Below, piece by piece: positions 11,301 to 25,000 of a stretch of 64,000 bases of DNA. Within the stretch, counting starts at the first letter, position 1. The number at the start of each line of letters is the position of its first letter. The notes under the pieces were generated by a model that made no database searches, had not been told where the DNA came from, and was given only the letters and a program-made list of their open reading frames with translations. A program made the translations under genes and the position numbers. This DNA comes from the human T2T-CHM13v2.0 reference genome, Homo sapiens. The stretch lies in the NCBI RefSeq assembly GCF_009914755.1, contig NC_060938.1. One strand, written 5' to 3'.

Positions 11301-14300
11301 TGGAGTTGAAAGGAATGGAACGGAGTTGAGTGGAATGCCAAGGAATGGAATGGAGTGGAAAGGAATGGAATGGAGATGAGTGGAATTGAATGGAATGGAA
11401 TGGAGTCGAATGGAATAGAATGGAGTGGAGTGGAATGGAATGGAGTCGAATGGAATGGAATGGAATAGAATGAAATTGGGTGGACTGGAATAGATTGGAA
11501 TGGAAAGGAATGGAATGGAGTGGAGTGAACTGGCATCGAGTGGAATGGAATGAAATTTAGTATAGTGGAATGGAATGGAATTCAATAGGATGGAATGGAA
11601 TTGAATGGAATGGAATGGAATGGAGTGGAATGGAATGGAACGGAAAGGAGGGGAATGGAATGGAATGGATTGAAAAGGAATGGAAAGGAATGGAATGGAA
11701 TGGAATGGAGTGGAATGGAGTGGAGTGGAATGGAATGGAATAGAATGGAATTGAATGGAAAGGAAAGGAATGGAATTCATTGGAATGGAGTGGAATGGAA
11801 TGGAATGGAGTGGAGTGGAATTGGATGGAATGGAGTGGAGTGGAATTGAATGGAATTCCATGGAATGGAATTCCGTGTGATGGAAAGAAACGGAATGGAA
11901 TAGAATAGAATGGAATGGAGTGGAATTGAATAGAATGGAGTAGAGTGGAATGGAATGGAAAGGAAAGGAATGGAATGGAATTGAATGGAGCGAAATGGAG
12001 TAGAGTGGAATGGAATGGAGTGGACTGGAATGGAAAGGAATTCAATGGATTGGAATGTAATGGAATGGAATGGAATGGAATGCAATGGAGTGGTATTGAA
12101 TGAAATGGAGTAGAGTGAAATAGATTGGAATGGAATGGAATGGAGTGTATTGTAGTGAATTGGGGTGGAGTGGAATTGAATGGAATTTAGTTTAGTGGAA
12201 TGGAATGGAATTCAAAGGAATGGAATGGAGTGGAATGCAATGGAGTGGGGTGGAATGGAAAGGAGTGGAATAGAATGCAATGGAATGGAGTGAAATGGAG
12301 TGGAGTGGAATGGAATGGAATTGCGTGGAGTGAAATGGAATGGAATTCGATGGAATGGAATGGAATGGAATGGATTGGATTGGAACGCAATGGAATGGAT
12401 TCTAATGGAATGGAATGGAATGGAATACAAAGGAATGGAGTGGAATGGAATGGAATGGATTGGAGTGGATTGGAATAGAATGTAAAGGATTAGAGTGGAA
12501 TGAAATTGAATGTAAAAGAGATGAGTGAAATGGAATGGAATGGATTGGAATGGATTGGAATGGAGTGGAGAGGAATGGAAAGGACTGGAATGGATGGGAG
12601 TGGAGTAGACTGGAATGGTATGGAGTGGAAAGGAACGGAGTTGAGTGGAGTGGAATGGAGTGGGTTGGAATGGAATAAAGTGGAATGGAATGGAATGGAA
12701 TGGAATGTGGTGGAATGAAATGGAAAGGGATGGAATGAAGTGGGTGGAATTTAGTGTCATGCAATGGAACGGAGTGTAGTGAAATGGAATGGAATGGAAT
12801 GAAATGGAATGGAATAGAGTGGAGTGGATTGGAATAGAATGGAGTGGAGGGCAATGGAATGGAATGGAAAAGAGTGGAGTAAAACTGGGAGGAGGGGAGT
12901 GGGGTGGAATGCAATGTAATGGAATGGAGTGGAGTGAAATGGAATAGAAAGGAATGTCGAGGAGTAGAATGGAATGGAGTGGAATGGGGAGGAGTGGAAT
13001 AGAATGGAGTGGAATGGAGTGGAATGAAATGGATTGGAATGGAGGCGAAAGCAATGCATTTGAAATGAATCGAATGAAATGGAATGCAATGGAGTAGAAT
13101 TGAGTGGAGTGGAGAGGAATGGAACGGAATAGAGTAGAGTAGAGTGGAGTGCAATGGAATGTAGAGGAATGTAGTGGATTGGAGTAGATTGGAATGGAAT
13201 GGAGTGGAAGGGAATGGATAGGTATGGAATGGAATGGAATGGCGTGGTGTGGAGTTGAATAGATTTGAATGGAGTGGAATGGAAAGGACTGGAATGGAAC
13301 AGAATGGAATGGAAGCAACGGAATTGATTGGCGTGGTGTGGAATGGAGTGGGGTCGAGTAAAATGAAATTGAAAAGAATGGGATGGAATGGAATGGAAAG
13401 GAAAGGAATGCTGTGGAGTGGAATCGAATGGAGTGGAATGACATGGAGTTGAATGGAATGGAATGGAATGGAATAGAGTGGAATGGAGTGGAATGGAATG
13501 GAATGGATTGGACTGGAATAGAGTGGAAGGGAGTGGAGTGGAATGGAATGGGGTGGAATGGAATGAAGTGGAATGGAGTTCAGTGGAGTGGAATGGAATG
13601 GAGTGAAGTGGAGTGCAGTGGAGTGGGATCGGATGGATGGTAATTAAATGAAAGGGAATGGAAAAGAATGGAAAGGAATGGGGTTGAATGAAGTGGATTT
13701 CAGTGGAATGGAAGGGAATTGAGTTAAGTGGAATGGAATGTAATTCAATGGATTCGAATTGAACAGGTTGGAATGGAATGGAATGGATTGCAATGGAATG
13801 GAAAGGGGAGGAGGGGAGTGGTGTGGAATGGAATGGAATGGAACAGAATGGAATGGAGAGGATTGGAATGGATTGGAATGGATTGGAGAGGAATGTGGTG
13901 GAATGGAATCGATTGGAAGGGAAGGGAGTGGAATGCAATGGAATGGAGGGGAATGGGATGGAAGGGAATGGAATCAAATGGAATGGAATGGAATGAGACG
14001 GAAAGTAATGGAATGGAGTGGGTTGGAGTGGAATGGAATGGGGTAGATTGGAATGCAATGGAATTGAACGGAATTTAATGAAATGGAATGGAATGGAGTG
14101 GAGTAGACTGGAGTGTAGTGGGGATTTGTGGAATGAAATTGAATAGAATGAAATGGAATGGAATGGAATGCAGTGGTGTGCAGTGGAATGAAGTGGAATG
14201 GATTGGAGTGGAATGGAGTGGAGTGGAATGGAATGGAAGGAATTATAGTGGAATGGAAGGGAATGGAATGGAATAGATTGGAGTGGAATGGAGTGGAACG

Positions 14301-15379
14301 GAGTGCAGTGGAAGGGAATAGGTCGGAATGGAATGGAGTGGAATGGAGTTGAGTGGAGTGGAGGGGAATGGAATGGAATGGATTGGAATGGACTGAAGTG
14401 GAGTGGAAGGGAATGGAATGGAATGGAGAAGAGTGGATTGTAGTGGAGTGGAGGAGAATGGAGTTGAATTGAGAGGAGTGGAATTGAATGGAGTGGAATG
14501 GAATAGAATGGAATGGAAAGGAATGGAATGGAACGGAATGGAGTGGAATGGAATCGAATGGAGTGGAGTGGAAAGGAATGGAATGGAATTGAAAGGAATG
14601 GAATTGAGTGGAATGGAATGGAGTGGAATGAAATGAAACGGTGTGCAGTGCAATGGAATGGAATGGAAAGGAATGGAATTAAAAGGAGTGGAATGGAATG
14701 GAATGGAATGGACTGGAATGGAATGGAGAAGAATGGAATGGAATGGAGTGGAGTGGAATGGAAAGGAACAGAATTGACTGTGGTGGAATGGAATGGAAAG
14801 GAATGGAATGGCATGGAGTGGAATGGAATGGAATGGAAAGGAATGGAATGGAATGGAAACGGAAGGATTGGAATGGAATGGAGTGGAATGGAATGGAACT
14901 GTGTGGAGTGCAGTGGAATGGAATGAAGGGGAATGGTATGGAGTTGAGTGGAGTGGAAAGGGATGGAACGGAATGGAGTGGAGAGGAACAGAATGGAATT
15001 GAGTGGAGTGGAATGGAATGGAAAGGAATGGAATGCAATGGAATGGAGTGGAATGGAATAGAATGGAGTGCAGTTGAATTAAATGGAATGGAGTGGAGTG
15101 GAATGGAATGGAATATAAACGAGGGCAGTGGAATGGAATGGAATGTAGTGGAATGGAGTGTAATGGTTTGGAGTGGAATGGAATGGAATGGAATGGAGTG
15201 GACTGAAATGGAGATGAGTGGAGTGGAAGGGAATGGCGTGGAATGGAAAAGAGCAGAATGGAATGGAGTACAGTGTGTTGTAATGAAATGGAATGGGATG
15301 GAATTGAGTGGGTGGAGTGGAGTGGTATGGAATGGAATGGAGAGTACCGGAATGGAATGGAATGGAATGGAATGGAATG

Positions 15380-17460
15380 GAGTGGGGTGGAGTGGAAAGA
15401 AATGGAGTAGAGGAGAATGGAATGGAATTGAAAGGAATGGAATGGAACGGGAAGAAGGGCAGTAGGATGGAATGCAATCGAATGGAGTGGAGTGGAGTGG
15501 AATGGAATGTAATTGAATAGAGCAGAATAGAGAGGAGTGGAATGGAATGGAGTGGAGTGGAGTGGAATGAAATGGAGTGGAATGGAATGGAATGGAATGG
15601 AGTGGAGTGGAATGGAATGTAATAGAGTGGAATAGAGTGGAGTGGGATTAAGTGGTATGGAATAGTGTGGAGTGGAATGGAGTAGAATGGAATCGAATGG
15701 AAGGCATTGAAATTGAATGTCATGTGATGCATTGAAATGGATTGGAAAGGAGTGGAGTGGAGTGGAATGAAATGGAATGGACTGGGGTGTAGTGGAACGG
15801 AATGGAATGGAATGGAATGGAGAGGAGGGCAGTGGAGTTGAATGGATTGGAGTAGAATGTGGTGGACTGGAGTGCATTGGAATGAAATGGAGTGGAATGG
15901 AATGGAATGGAGTGTAATGGAATGGTATGGAAAGGAATGAAATGAAATTGAACGGAATGGAATGAATTGGAATGGAATGGAATGCAGTGGGGTGGAGTGG
16001 AATGTAATTGAGTAGAGCTCAAATGAATGGAATGGAAAGGAATGGAATGGAATGGAGTGGAATGGAATGGAACGGTGTGTAGTAGAATGGAATGGAATGG
16101 AAAGGCATAGAATGGACTGGAATGGAAAGGAGGGGAAGGGAATGGAATAGAATGGAATGGAATGGAATGGAATGGAGTGGAATAGAGTGGAATGTAAAGG
16201 AATGGAATAGAGTGGAATGCAAAGAAATGGAATAGAGTGGAGTGGAATGGAAGGGAAAGGAATGGAATGGAATGGAATGGAATGGAATGGAATGGAATGG
16301 AGTGGAATGGAATGGAATGCAGTGGAATGGAATGGAAATGAGTGGAGTGGAGTGGAGTGGAATGGAATGGAGTGGAATGGTATGGAGTGGAGCGGAATGG
16401 AATGGAATGGAATGGATTGGGGTGGAGTGGAAAGAAATGGAGTAGAGGAGAATGGAATGGAATTGAAAGGAATGGAATGGAACGGGAAGTAGGGAAGTTG
16501 GATGGAATGCAATCGAATGGAATGGAGTGGAGTGGAATGGAATGGAATTGAATAGAGCGGAATAGAGAGGAGTGGAATGGAATGGAGTGGAGTGGAGTGG
16601 AATGAAATGGAGTGGAATGGAATGGAGTGGAGTGGAATGGAATGTAATAGAGTGGAATAGAGTGGAGTGGGATTAAGTGGTATGGAATAGTGTGGAGCGG
16701 AATGGAGTGGAATGGAATCGAATGGAATGCATTGAAATTGAATGGAATGTGATGCATTGAAATGAATTGGAAAGGAGTGGAGTGGAGTGGAAAGAAATGG
16801 AATGGACTGGGGTGTAGTGGAACGGAATGGAATGGAATGGAATGGAGAGGAGGGGAGTGGAGTTGAATGGATTGGAGTGGAATGTGGTGGACTGGAGTGG
16901 ATTGGAATGAAATGGAGTGGAATGGAATGGAATGGAATGGAATGGAGTGTAATGGAATGGTATGGAAAGGAATGAAATGAAATTGAACGGAATGGAATGA
17001 AATGGAATGGAATGGAATGCAGTGGGGTGGAGTGGAATGTAATTGAGTAGAGCGCAAATGAATGGAATGGAAAGGAATGGAATGGAATGGAGTGAAATGG
17101 AATGGAACGGTGTGTAGTGGAATGGAATGGAATGGAATGGCATAGAATGGACTGGAATGGAATGGAGGGGAAGGGAATGGAATGGAATGGAATGGAATGG
17201 AATGGCATGGAGTGGAATAGATTGGAATGTAAAGGAATGGAATAGAGTGGAATGCAAAGGAATGGAATAGAGTGGAGTGGAATGGAAGGGAAAGGAATGG
17301 AATGGAATGGAATGGAATGGAATGGAATGGAGTGGAATGGAATGGAATGGAATGGAATGGAGTGGAATGGAATGGAATGCAGTGGAATGGAATGGAAATG
17401 AGTGGAGTGGAGTGGAATGGAATGGAGTGGAATGGTATGGAGTGGAGCGGAGTGGAATGG
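15380..17460 (+). repeat. Recent ~1.03-1.05 kb tandem duplication (about 15380-16420 and 16420-17460)
   Basis: AAAGAAATGGAGTAGAGGAGAATGG 15396/16431; GATTAAGTGGTATGG 15646/16671; AGTAGAGC(T/G)CAAATG 16011/17046; CATAGAATGGACTGG 16106/17141. Confidence 0.93.
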
Positions 17461-19089
17461 CATGGAATGGAATGGAGTGGAGTCGAATGGAATGGAACTG
17501 AGTGGAGTGGAATGGAATGCAATGCAATGGAATGAAATGGAATGGAAAGGAATGGAAGACAATGGAATGGATTGGAATGGAATGCATTGGAATGGAATGG
17601 AATGGAATGGAATTAAATGGATTGCAATGGAATTGAATGGAGTGGAATAGAATGGAAACGAAGGCAATTGAATGGAATGGAGTAGACTAGAGTGTTATGG
17701 AATGGAATGGAGTGGAGAAGAATAGGTGGGAAAGGAATGGTATGGAATAGAATGGAATGGAGTTGAATGGAATGCAATGGAGGGGACTGGATTGTAATGG
17801 AATGTAGTGGAATGAAGTTAAGTGGAATGGAATGGAATGCAATGCAGTGGAGTGGAAAGGTGTGGAGAGGAATGGAATGGAGTAGAATGCAATGGAGTTG
17901 AGTGCAGAGAAATGAACTGGAGTGGAATGGAGTACAGAGAAATGGAATGGAATAAATGGTATTGGAAAGGAATGGAATGGATTGGAAAGGAGTGGAGTGG
18001 AATGGAGTGGTATGGAATGGAATGGAGTGTAGTGGAATGGAATGGAATTGAGTGTAGGAGAATGTAATGGAATGGAATGCAATGCAATGGAGAGGAGGGG
18101 ATTGGAGTGGAATCGAATGGAGTGGAATGGAGTGGAGTGGAGTGGATTGGAAAGGAAAGGAGTGGAATGAATAGAATGGAATGGAAAGGAATGGAATGGA
18201 AAGGACTGGAATGGAACGGAGTGGAGAGGAGTGAAATGGAATGCATTGGAATGGAATGGAATAGAGTGGAATGGAATGGAGTGGAGTAGAATGGAATGGA
18301 ATAGGATGGAGAGGAATGGGGATGAATGTAGTGGAGTGAAATGGAATGGAGTGGAGTGTAATGGAAATGAATGGAATGGAGTGGCATGGAGTGGAATGGA
18401 GAGGAGTGGAATGCAATGGAATGGAATGGAGTGGAGAGGAATGGTATGGAGTGGAATGGAATGGAATGGAATGGAATGGAATGGAGTCGAATGGAGTGGA
18501 ATGGAATGGAGTGGAGTGGAGTGTGATCGAAAGGAATGGAATGGAAATGAATGGAATGGAATGGAATGGAGTGGAGTGGAATGAAATGGAATAGATTGGA
18601 GTGGAAAGTAATGGAATTCAACGGAAGGGAATGGAATGGATTGCAATGGAATAGAATAGAATGGAACGGAATGGAATGGAATGGAGTGGAGTGGAATGGA
18701 ATGGATTGGAATGGAATGGAATGGAAGGGAATGGAATGTAAAGGAGAGGAATGGAGTGGAATGGAATGGAGTGGAATAGAGTGGAATGGAGTGGAGTGAA
18801 AAGAATGGAATGGAATGGCGTGGAGTGGAATGGTTTGGAGCAGAATGGAATGGCGTGGAATGGAATGGAGTTGAGTGGAGTGGAATGGAGTAGATTGGAA
18901 TGGAATGGAATGGAGTGAGGTGGAATGGAATGGAATGCAATGGAATGGAATAGAATGCAATGGAATTGAATGGATTGGAGTGGAGTGGAAAGGAGAGATA
19001 TGGAACGGAACGGAGTGTAGTGGAATGTAATGTAATGGAATGGAATTTAAGGTAGTGGAATGGAATGGAATGGAGTGGAATGGGATGGA

Positions 19090-22000
19090 ATGAAATGGGG
19101 AGGAGGGGTATGGGGTGGAATGGAGTTCAGTGGAGTGAGATGGAATGCAATGGAAGAGAGATGAGGAGACTGGAGTTGAATGGAAGGGAGAGGAAGTTAT
19201 TGGAGTGGAATGGATTGGAATGGAATGTAGTGAAATGGAACGGAATGGAATGGAATGACATGGAATGGAATGGAATGCAGTGGAGTGGAATGGAATGCAG
19301 TGGTGTGGAATGGATTTGAATGGACTGAGATGGAATAGAAAGGAATGTAGGGCAGAGGAGTTCAGTGGAATTTGATGGAGAGGAATATAGTGGAGTGGAG
19401 TGCATTCGAATGGAATGTAGTGGAATGGAAATGAATGTAGTGGAATGGAAAGGAATGGAATGGAATGGAATGGAACGGAGTGCAGTGGAGTGGAGTGGGG
19501 TCGAGTGGAATTTAAGTGAATGGAATGGAATGGAATGGAATTCTATGGAGTGCAGTGGAGTAGAGTGGAAGGGAAGGGACCAGAATGGAATGGAAGGCAA
19601 TGGAGTGGAATGGAATGGCGTAGAATGGAATTGCATGGATTGGTGTGTAATGCAATGGGGTGGAATGGAATGCAGGGGAATGGAGTGGAGTGGATTGGAA
19701 TGCAATGGTGTGGAATGGAGTGCAGTGGAATGGAATGGAATGGATAGTATTGGAATGGAATGGAATTGAATGGATTACAGTGGAATGCAGTACAGTGGAG
19801 TGGACTGTATTGGAATGGAGCAGAATGGAGGCGAGTGGAGTGGAAAGGAATGGACTGGAATGGAGTTGAGTGGAGTGGAATGGAATGGAATGGAGTGGAG
19901 TGGAGTGGGGATGAGTGGATGGGAATGGAATGGAATGGAAATGAAGGGAGTGGAGATAAATGGAATGGAGTGGAATGGAGTAGAGTGGAAAGACTTGGAA
20001 TGGAATGGAGTGGAGTGGAATGCAATGGAGTGGAATTTATTGGAGTGGAATTGAATGGAGTGGAGTCGTGTGGAATGGAATGGAGTGGAATGGAGTAGAG
20101 TGGAAGGGAATGGAACGGAGTGTAGACGAACGCAAAGGAATTGAATGGAATACAATGGAAAGGAGTGAAGTGGAGTTGAAAGAAATTGAGTGGAATCAAA
20201 TGGAATGGAAAGGAAGGGAATGGAGTGGAATGGAATGCAGTGGAGTGGAATGGAATGGAATGGATTGGAGTGGAATGTAATAGAATTCAATGGAATGGAA
20301 TGGAATGGAATGGAATGGAATGGAATGGAATGGAATGGAATGGAATGAAATAGAATGGAATAGACTAGAATGGAATGGAATGGAGTGGAGTAGAATGGAA
20401 AGGAAAGGAATGGAATGGAATGCAATGGAATAGAATGGAATGGATTGGATTTGAATGGACTGGAGTAGAGTAGAATGGAATGGAATTCAATGAAACAGAA
20501 TGGAATGGATTGGATTTGTATGGACTGGAGTACAGTAGAATGGAATGGAATGTAAAGTAGAGGATTCTAATGGAATATAATGGAATGGAATGGAGTGGAA
20601 TGGAGTTGAATGGAGTGGAATGGAATGGAATGGAATGGAGTGGAGAGGAATGGAGTGATATTGAATGGAACGGAGTGTAGAGGAAAGGAATGCAACGGAA
20701 TGGAAAGGAGGGTAGTGGAATGGAATGGCGAGAGTGGAATGGAATGGAATGGAATGGGGAAGATTAAGGTGGGGTGGAATGGATTGGAATGGAGTGAGAT
20801 GGAATGCAATGGAATGGAGAGGAAGGGAGTGGAGTGGAATGGCATGGAGAGGAAGTATTGAAGTGGAGTGGAGTGGAGTGGAATGAAATGTAGTGGAATG
20901 GATTGGAAAGGGGTGGAATGCAAATGAATGGATTGGAATGGAATGGAATGGAATGCAATGGAATAGAATGGAGCGGAGTGGAGTTAAATGGAAGGGAGTG
21001 GAGTGGAAAGCAATGGAATGGAATGGAATGGAATGGAATGGAATGGAATGGAATGGAATGGAGTGGAGTGGAATGGCATGGGGACGAGTGGAATGGAAAT
21101 GATTGGAATGGAATGCTATGGAGTGGAGTGGAGTAGAGGGTAGTGGAGTAGAGTGGAGTGGAGTTTAGTGGAATGGAATGGACCGTAATGGAATAGAATG
21201 GAATGGAGTCGAATGGAAAGGAGTGGAATGGAATAGCATGGAATGGAGCGGAATGAAATGGAGTGGAATGGAGTGGAGTGGATTTCAATGAAATGGATTG
21301 GAATGGAGTGGAGTGGAGTGGAATAGAATTTAATGGATTGTAGTTTTATGGAATGGAATGGAATGGATAGGATTTGAATGGAGGTGAAAGGAGTGGAGCA
21401 GAATGGAACAGAGTGAAATGGAATGCAGTGGAATAGACTTGTTTGCAGTTGAATGGAATTTAGTAGAATGGAGTTGATTGGAGCGGAATGTAGTGGAATG
21501 CAGTCGAATGGAGTGGAGTGGAGTGAGGTCGAGAGGATGGGAGTGCAATAATTGGAAAGGAATGGAATGGAGTTGAGTGGAATGGAATGGGATGGAGTGG
21601 AATGGAATGGGATGGAATGGAATGGAATGGAGTAGAATGGTGTGGAGTGGAGTGGAATGGGAAGGAATGGAGTGGAATGCAATGGAATGGTGTGGAGAGG
21701 AATGGAAAGGATTGGAATGGGATGGAGTGGAGTGGTGTGGAATGAAACGGAGTGGTGTGGAATGGAAAGGATTGCAATGGAGTAGAGTGGAAGGGAATGG
21801 AACGGAGTGTAGTCGAATGGAATGGAATGGAACGGAATGGAATGAAATGCAATGGAACGGAATGGAATGGAGTGAAGTGGAGTTGAATGGAATTGAGTGG
21901 AGTGGAATGGAGTTTAATGGAATGGAACGGAATGGAATGGAGTGGAATGGAATGGAGTGGAGTGGAGTGCAGTTGAGTGGAATAGATTGGCATGGAATAG

Positions 22001-25000
22001 ACAGTTATGGATGTGGGTGGAATGGAATTGAAAGGATTTGAGGGGAAAGTAATGGAATTCAAAGGAATGGAATAGAATGGAATTCAATGAAAAGGAATAG
22101 AATGGAATGGATTGGAATGGAATGGAATTGAGTCAAGTGGATTCGAATGGAATTGGAGTGGAACGGAATGCAATGGAATGTAGTGGAGTGGAGTGCAGTC
22201 GAGTGAAATGGAAGGGAATGGAATGGAATGGAATGGAGTGGAGTGGAATGGAATGGAAAGGATTGGCGTGGAAAGTAATGGAATTCAAAGGAATGGAATG
22301 GAATGGAATGCAATGGAATAGAACGGAATGGATTGGAACGGAATGGAATGGAGTGGAGTAGAATGGAATGTAAAGTAATGGAATGGAATGGAACGGAATG
22401 GAATGGAATGGAATGGAATGGAATGGAATTTAATGTAAAGGAGAAGAATGGAGTGGAATGGAATGGAGTGGATTGGAGTGGAATGGAGTGGAATGAATAC
22501 AATGGAATGCAATGGAGTGGAGTGGAATGGGATGGTGTGGATTAGAATGGAGGTGAGTGGAGTGGAATGGAGTGGAGTGGAAAGGAATAGATTGGAATGG
22601 AATGGAATGGAATGGAGTGTGGTAGAATAGAATAGAATGGAGTGGAATGGAATGGAGTGGAGTGGAAAAGAGTTGTATGGAATGGAACGGAGTTTAGTGG
22701 AATGAAATGGAATGGAATGGAATTTAAGGTAGTGGAATGGAATGGGGTGGTGTGGAATGGAATGGAATGGAATGGATTGGAATGGAAAGGAATGGAATGG
22801 AATGGAGTGGAAAGGAATGGAATGGAATGGAATGGAAGGGAATGGAATGGAATGGAATGGAATGGAGTGGAGTGGAATGGAATGCAACTGATTGGAGTGG
22901 AGTGGAGTGGATAGGAATGGACGGGAAAGAAACGGAGTGGAATGGAATGGAATGCAATAAATTGGAAAGGAGTGGAGTGGAGTAGAGTGAATTGAAATGG
23001 GGTGGAGTGAAGTGGAATGGAAGAAATGGAATTGAATGGAATGGAGTGGAGTGGAATGGAGTGGAGTGGAATGGAACAGAACAGATCGTACTGGAATGAA
23101 TTGGAATGGAAGTTAATAGAGTTGAGTGAATTGAAATGGAATTGAGTTGAATGGAATGGAATGGAATGGAATTTAATGGAGTGGAGTGGAATGGAATGGA
23201 GTGGAATGGAATGGATTGGAATGTAATGGAGGAGAGTGGAGTGGAATGGAATGGAATGGAAAGGAATGGAATGGAGTGTACAGGAATGGAATGGAGTGGA
23301 ATGGAATGAAACTGAGTGGAATGGAATGGACTGTCATTAATTGGAATGGAGTGGAGTGGAATGGAACGGAGTGGAATGGAATGGAGTGGAATGGAATGGA
23401 AAGAAGTGGATTGGAATGGAACGAAGTGGGATGGAATGGAACTGAATGGAAATGAATGGAATTCTGTGGATTTGAATGGAGTGGTATAGAATGGAGTGTC
23501 ATGGAATGGAATGGAATGGATTGGAGTGCAAAGGAATGTAATAGAATGGAATGGAATGGAGTGGAGTGGAGTCGAATGGAAAGGAATAGAAGGAAATGGA
23601 ATGGAATGGAATGGAATGGAATGGAATGGAATGGAATTGAATGGAATCGAATGTACTGCAGTGGAATGGAAGGGAAGTTGATAGAATGGAATGGAGAGGA
23701 ATTGACTGAAGTGGACTGGAATGGAATGGACTGGAGTGGAGTGGAATGGAAATCATGGAAAGGAGAGAGGTGGAATATAGTGGAGTGCAATGGAATGGAA
23801 TGGAATGGAGAGGAGGGGAATGGATTGAGATGGAATAGAGTGTAATGTAGTGGAGTGAAGTTGATTGAAATGGAATGAATTGGAATGGAATGGAATGGAA
23901 TGTAGTGAGGTGGAGTGGAACGGAATTGAGTGTAAGGGAATAGAATGGAATGGAATGGAATGGAGTGGAGAGAGTGCAGAGGGGTAGAGTGGAATGGAAT
24001 GGAATGGAGAGGAGTGGAATGGAAAGGAATTCAATGTAATCGAATGGAATAGAATGGAATGGAATGGAGTGGATTGGAGTGGAGTGGAATGGAATGCAAT
24101 TCAGTGGAGTGAAATAGAATGGAATTCAAAGGAATGGAATGCAATGGAAAGGAATGGAATGGAATGGAGTGGAAAGGAATGGAATGGAATGGAATAGAAT
24201 GGAGTGGAGTGTAATGGAATGGAATGGAATGGAATGGAATGGAATGACATGGAGTGAAATGGAATGGCATGGATTGGAGTGGAATGGAATGGAATGGAAT
24301 GGATAGGAATTGAATGGAATTGAATAGAATATATTGGAATGGAATGTAAAGGAGGGGAGTGGAGTGGAATGGAATGGAGAGGAATGGATTGGAATGGCGT
24401 GGAGTGGATTGGAATGAAATGGAGTGGACTGGAAAGGAATGAAATGGAATGGAGTGGAGTGGAATGGTATGGAGTGGAAAGGAATGTCGTTAAATGGAAT
24501 TGACTTCAGTGGAGACGAATGGAGTAGAGTAGAAAAGAATGGAATGGATTGTGGTGGAATGGAATGGAATGGCATGGAGTGGAGTGGAATGGAATGGTAT
24601 GGAATGGAAGGGAGTGTAGTTGAATGGAATGGAATGCAATGGAATCGAGTGTACTGGAATGGAATGGAGTGGAGACGAATGGAATGGCATGGAATGTATT
24701 GGAATGGAACGGAATGGAATGGGGAGGAGGGGAGTGGGCTGGAATGGAATGGAGTGGAATTGAATGGAGTGGCATGGAATGGAGTGGAATGGAGTGGAAG
24801 GGAGTGGGGTGGAATGGAGTGGAGTGGAATGGAATGGAACAAAGTGGATTGGAATGGAATGGAATATAACAGAATGGCTTATAGTGGAATGGAGTGGTAT
24901 GCAATGGAGTGGAATGAAATGGAAAGATAAGGAATGCAATAATATGGAAAGTAATATCATGGAGTGGATTGGAATGCAATGGGAGGGAATGGAACGGAAT

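Larger units (their letters stand above)
5080..13030 (+). repeat. Paralogous blocks at about 5080-6960 and 10700-13030 (offset ~5.5-6.1 kb)
   Basis: TGTATTGTAA 5378/10971; TCGGGTGG 5508/11041; ATGGAATTCCAT 5742/11850; TTTAGTTTAGTGG 6138/12186; GGGAGGAGGGGAGT 6828/12887. Confidence 0.8.

Noticed and set aside
15079-17667. 862-aa minus-strand ORF and other long HSIPF/HSTPL-repeat ORFs (9744-11861, 26171-28399, 31829-33991, 36766-39072)
   Set aside because: (ATTCC)n and (ACTCC)n contain no stop codon in any frame, so long overlapping ORFs are expected. They show no domain content and all frames give the same pentapeptide.
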